DNA of 63,999 nucleotides, filler included, from Dirinaria sp. TL-2023a (Eukaryota), in assembly GCA_051941275.1 (NCBI GenBank). It is 8 parts of 8 records of this genome, joined end to end, with 100 filler letters (N's around TTAATTAATTAA, not from the genome) between each part and the next. Parts side by side here need not be neighbours in the genome. Positions count along the whole stretch, not along the records: positions 57,078 to 63,999 come from JAVEBF010001390.1; 7 more parts are not named here. One strand, 5' to 3'. Below, piece after piece: positions 60,187 to 63,999 of this stretch (position 1 is the first letter of the stretch; each line of letters starts with the position of its first letter). Below the pieces are notes generated by a model, which did not search any database, was not told the origin of the DNA, and saw nothing but the letters and a program-made list of their open reading frames with translations. Position numbers and translations under genes: made by a program.

Positions 60187-61407
60187 TCACGCGTGAACTT
60201 GAGTGTCTGATAGGCTTGAAAGGGACCGCTCGTCGTCGACCCATTGCCAAGCCAGTAGTTTCCAATTGAGTTCAGGTCGCCAGAACAGACCGTAGCTTGC
60301 TTGAGATCCGACCGTTTCTCCTGTAAGTCCTCCTGTATGCGGCATTCGCTCCGCAAACACAACCTTGCCGAAGCGAGAATGTAGTAAAGCCATTGAGCAC
60401 ATGATGCAGGGTTCGTGCGTGACATAGATTTCGAGGTCGAGGCAAAGATACCCGCCAGCCGCTAGCGTAGCCCCTGCAAGTAAGTCACGTTCCATCGTAA
60501 GCACCGGCTCATCCGCGAAACCGCTGTGCTTCATGCCCATGTGCTCGTCTTGCAGGGCTGCTTTGAGCATGTCTTTCCGTTTCCGTGCGATGAGTCCAAT
60601 GGTTCTCATGACAGCATGATGCATGACATTTCCGCTCCCGTGTTTTGCAGCATCTGGTAAATCAGCCCATCTTGCATCCGCGGCCGCAACCACAATCGAA
60701 GGATGTGCCGGATTGCTGCGATTGACCGTGACTGCGCCGATAGGTAAACCAAACGAAGCTGTTGCAGTTTCAGCGCCAACCCTCTTAGCCAGCGCTATAT
60801 AGGATGCCACATTTGCAATTATTTCATTCTCTGCCCGAGTGATAACGCTCGAATGCGGGCCGAAGGGATTGCTTCCCTTGTAAACGGTGGGCCAGTACCT
60901 CTGAGTCCAGGCCTCTGCCTGGTCCACTGACGTTGGAGGGAGCAAAGGAACCGATACTGTTTGTAAATGGAAGCGACGAGGCTTAGCGCCAGTGTGAGTG
61001 CTAGACGACAGCAGTCTCAGGACTTCGTCGGCGTTTAATGTTTTGGTTGCGCATATCAAGAAATGCAGAGTATCCTTCCGAGGAAAGTCATCAGACGTAT
61101 CTTCTCCATACGACTTCTGGAGATGGCTCGGCAGGAGTGCGGGCTTAATGAATCTGCGAAGGTGTGGTAGTTTTATGGGATATCTCGGATTTATAGCTTC
61201 ATCGATGGCGCTGTTGATATGATCAGTCTGGTCCACTCGGCATACGGATTTCACGTACCGTAGCACTGTGTTTGCGAATTTCGCAGGTACCTCGACGGTG
61301 TACGCCTCGATCGTTTGGAAAGATGTATCAGTTTCCGCTTTCGTGCGCAACGGGATCAAGTAGCCCTTGGATGGAAAAGATAGTGCATAGTTTGACTCTT
61401 CGAACAT
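60187..61407 (-). CDS. TAD3: tRNA-specific adenosine deaminase subunit Tad3 (start uncertain)
   Basis: HLRRF, YWPTVY, HAVM pseudo-catalytic motif, YLCLDLEIYVTHEPCIMCSMALLHSRF, LNWK. 48-nt in-frame intron 61211-61258. Confidence 0.9.
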   Translation of the reverse strand: MFEESNYALSFPSKGYLIPLRTKAETDTSFQTIEAYTVEVPAKFANTVLRYVKSVCRVDQTDHINSAIDEAINPRYPIKLPHLRRFIKPALLPSHLQKSYGEDTSDDFPRKDTLHFLICATKTLNADEVLRLLSSSTHTGAKPRRFHLQTVSVPLLPPTSVDQAEAWTQRYWPTVYKGSNPFGPHSSVITRAENEIIANVASYIALAKRVGAETATASFGLPIGAVTVNRSNPAHPSIVVAAADARWADLPDAAKHGSGNVMHHAVMRTIGLIARKRKDMLKAALQDEHMGMKHSGFADEPVLTMERDLLAGATLAAGGYLCLDLEIYVTHEPCIMCSMALLHSRFGKVVFAERMPHTGGLTGETVGSQASYGLFWRPELNWKLLAWQWVDDERSLSSLSDTQVHA

Positions 61408-61801
61408 CGGTAATGCAGTGTCGCTATCGTCAGTGGGAGCGACATCAACCTTGCTGGCCAAGCCTGCATGCTTCGGGAAATTTATACGGATTGTGCCAAC
61501 ATCATTGCGTGTAATTGTGCCTTGACACCCGGACAAAGCGTGGGCTAGATGAGCTTCCTTCAGATCTGGGTTCAGTTTCCCGCAATTCCATGCAAGATTA
61601 AGATACGAGTACTTTTACTTACTTCAGTGGTATCATACCATGCGGCGTCTGCACTATCGGTACGGCTTCTTGGCATTTCACTATTCTAAAAAGTGACCTC
61701 ATGATGAGGCAATGGAATAAAGGCCTTGGATACTACATTTTGCATTACCTTGCAGACTCACGGTTCATTCTAGGAATACTGGGTAAAGCGAATTCTTGGT
61801 T

Positions 61802-62754
61802 ATGCCTCCACCAGATGCGCAGCTTCACCCAGCTGCTACCGGCCCCGCAAAGTCACTTGTTGACGCTCATAGTGGTCCACAGCCATTGAAGCTTTATGCA
61901 GGTTGGTTTTGCCCTTTCGTACAGCGAGCCTGGACCGTTCTCGAAGAAAAGAAGATCCCATATCAGGTAATACTGTCCAGTCAATGCCTTTCGGCAGGAG
62001 TAAGGTTTGTTAATAAAGTATGTCAAGTACATCGAAGTTAATCCATATCATAAACCACAATCCTTACTTGCGCTCAATCCGCGCGGTCTTGTCCCAACGC
62101 TGCAGTATGACAACAAGCCTCTTTATGAGTCGACAGTCATTTGTGAATTCTTGGAGGACGCCTATCCCGATCATGGCATTCAGCTGCTGCCTCGGGACCC
62201 GTATGTGCGGGCGCGGATGAGGATCTGGGTTGATTTTGTCGGTACTAGGATCATACCGGCATTTCATAGGTTTTTGCAGTTCCAGCCCGGTCAGCAAGGG
62301 GACAAGACCATCCAGGATGTTCGAGGAGAATTCTTAGACACCTTGCAACAGTTTGCCGAGGCAATGGATGCGGATGGACCATTCTTCTTGGGCCATGAAC
62401 CATCATTAGTGGATTTTGTCATGGCGCCATGGGCTGTCAGACTGTGGTTGTTCGATCATTACAAAAATGGGTTGGGCATACCAGAGGGCGAGGTAGGGGA
62501 GAAGGAGCAGAATTGGGCAAGGTGGAGAAAGTGGATGAATGCGATTGAGACAAGGGAGAGCATCATCCACACGACGAGCGAGAAAGAGCATTATCTGCCG
62601 ATATACCAAAGATAGTACGTCGTCTTCCCCCCCTCCTCCCCCGGAGGTCTGTGCGGCAGCACCAACACGAGGGACTGACAGTATTTGTAGCGCTGATAAC
62701 ACAGCTCAAAGTGAGTTGGCAAAGGCCACGAGAGCTGGCAGAGGAGTGCCTTAA
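61802..62754 (+). CDS. Glutathione S-transferase (omega-like, Cys-GST), 3 exons
   Basis: GWFCPFVQRAW active site, NPRGLVPTL, LYESTVICEFLED, SLVDFVMAPW. Confidence 0.92.
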
Positions 62755-63999
62755 TTCTGTGAAGCCACAACATGGCTTGCTGTCGGCATTCATTGTAGTT
62801 GACACCTGCAGCTAGGCGGCTCCTAGTTCACCAGCAAAGTATGCCTCATGGAGCTCGGACCATTCGACAAGGAACAGTGCATCATTCGCGTGGGGCATTG
62901 TACATACTTGGGACAGAAAAACTCCGTAGCCAACATGCATCCATTACTCCCACCCCGGACCTTGACTCAAGCGATCCAAAGTAAGGGTATCGTGAGAAAT
63001 CATCAGTTAGTGGGGATAATTGGCCAAGCGCGCACCTGGTGACATTGAGTGAAACTTTCGAGGTCAGAGACGAGACTACGCATCTGCTGAACCCTTCTAG
63101 TGTCCAACTGCCATCCAAAGTTCCAGGCTATATCTTGATAGAAACATAGTATATAGTTGCGTTGGGCAAAAAGTAAGAGGGTGTGACGCTGTGACCCCGA
63201 GAGCAGCCTAGAAGAATAATGCCATTATTAACAGATAAAACCCTATGTTGCTACTTGGCTGGGGTTAGGTAGGGGGTAGGGTAAGGTATATTGGAGCATG
63301 ATGAGGCTGTAAGTCGAGTTCGGTCGCAAATAGGTAATGATAATGCCTCGAAACCCAGCTTTGCTGTTTTAATGATGCAATGCTGATCATTTAGTCTAGG
63401 AGTAGACTCGTCGGCCTTTTTTGGTGGCGGGATATACTGTACCAACATACATTTAAGATTCGTCGTAGTCAAAGCGCGCACAAGTTGCCTCAGCGGACTC
63501 GGAGCAGTGGAAGTAGGTAAGATCAGGTAGAGTGCCAAGGTATGGTACGGTGTCTAAGGTAGTTGTCTACATTATTACCTCACCTAATGTACCTTATAAG
63601 AATAATGGAAGTACCTTACTTCGTTCGTACCTGTAGATCTTCGAGCGGGCCGCCGAGTAGGTCCCCGGGCCCTCGGCCAGTGATGAGTGCTCGCCAGCTG
63701 GGATGGGACTAGTCAGGAACCGTTTCGGTGAGGCTGAGGAGCTAACTTACTAGATTCCTTCTGCGTTACCCCATATGGGATTGCCTAGAACACTGCCAGT
63801 CTAGTCGCGGCACATCCGTCATCTAATCCGGAAGTGCAATCTCCATTCAAGCCTGCTAAGTTATCCTTTAGAGCGTCCGGCGATCAGAATCCGGGCTTAT
63901 TCCGTTGGAGTAAGTCCCCTCTACCTTATTCGAATGGTCGCGGCTTCGACGAAGGAGGCTGTCAACTGCTGATCCCCTATCCCAGATCCCTCCATCCCC

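Noticed and set aside
21210..61258. Several stop-free in-frame introns (MCA1 48 nt, DUF3328 78, RPN2 57, ARG1 84, TAD3 48) appearing as protein insertions in the ORF track
   Set aside because: All have canonical GT-AG ends, and this number is plausible by chance among short introns.

Overview
Filamentous ascomycete (Pezizomycotina) genomic DNA with short spliceosomal introns. The window is not one locus. It is eight short contigs joined by artificial 100-nt linkers (N-run + TTAATTAATTAA + N-run). The complete contigs are 8063, 8063, 8058, 8040, 8030 and 8028 bp, i.e. sorted by length, so adjacency across linkers has no biological meaning. About 25 protein genes are supportable. Most are housekeeping or common accessory genes: SCY1-like pseudokinase, metacaspase, Rpn2, Cet1, Arg1, Mid1, Coq8, Tad3, TatD/Scn1, GST, acyl-CoA dehydrogenase, AA9 LPMO, MBOAT, 2OG-Fe(II) oxygenase and a Zn2Cys6 factor. 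The best candidate for an undescribed system is at the start of contig 4 (24522-26354). There a DUF3328/UstYa-type (HxxHC) gene is divergent from an 85-aa secreted repeat protein. The repeats end in single-Arg VL(E/N)AR sites, and two of them start with His-Cys. This resembles a dikaritin-type fungal RiPP locus but with Tyr-free repeat cores and no dibasic Kex2 sites. The 1-kb spacer between the two genes holds three different tandem arrays. Other oddities are a pepsin-like protease lacking its flap, an AA9 LPMO with a triplicated poly-Lys-Pro-Cys tail, and an apparent GT...GG intron in SCY1. All family calls are from motif recognition by eye; no searches were run.
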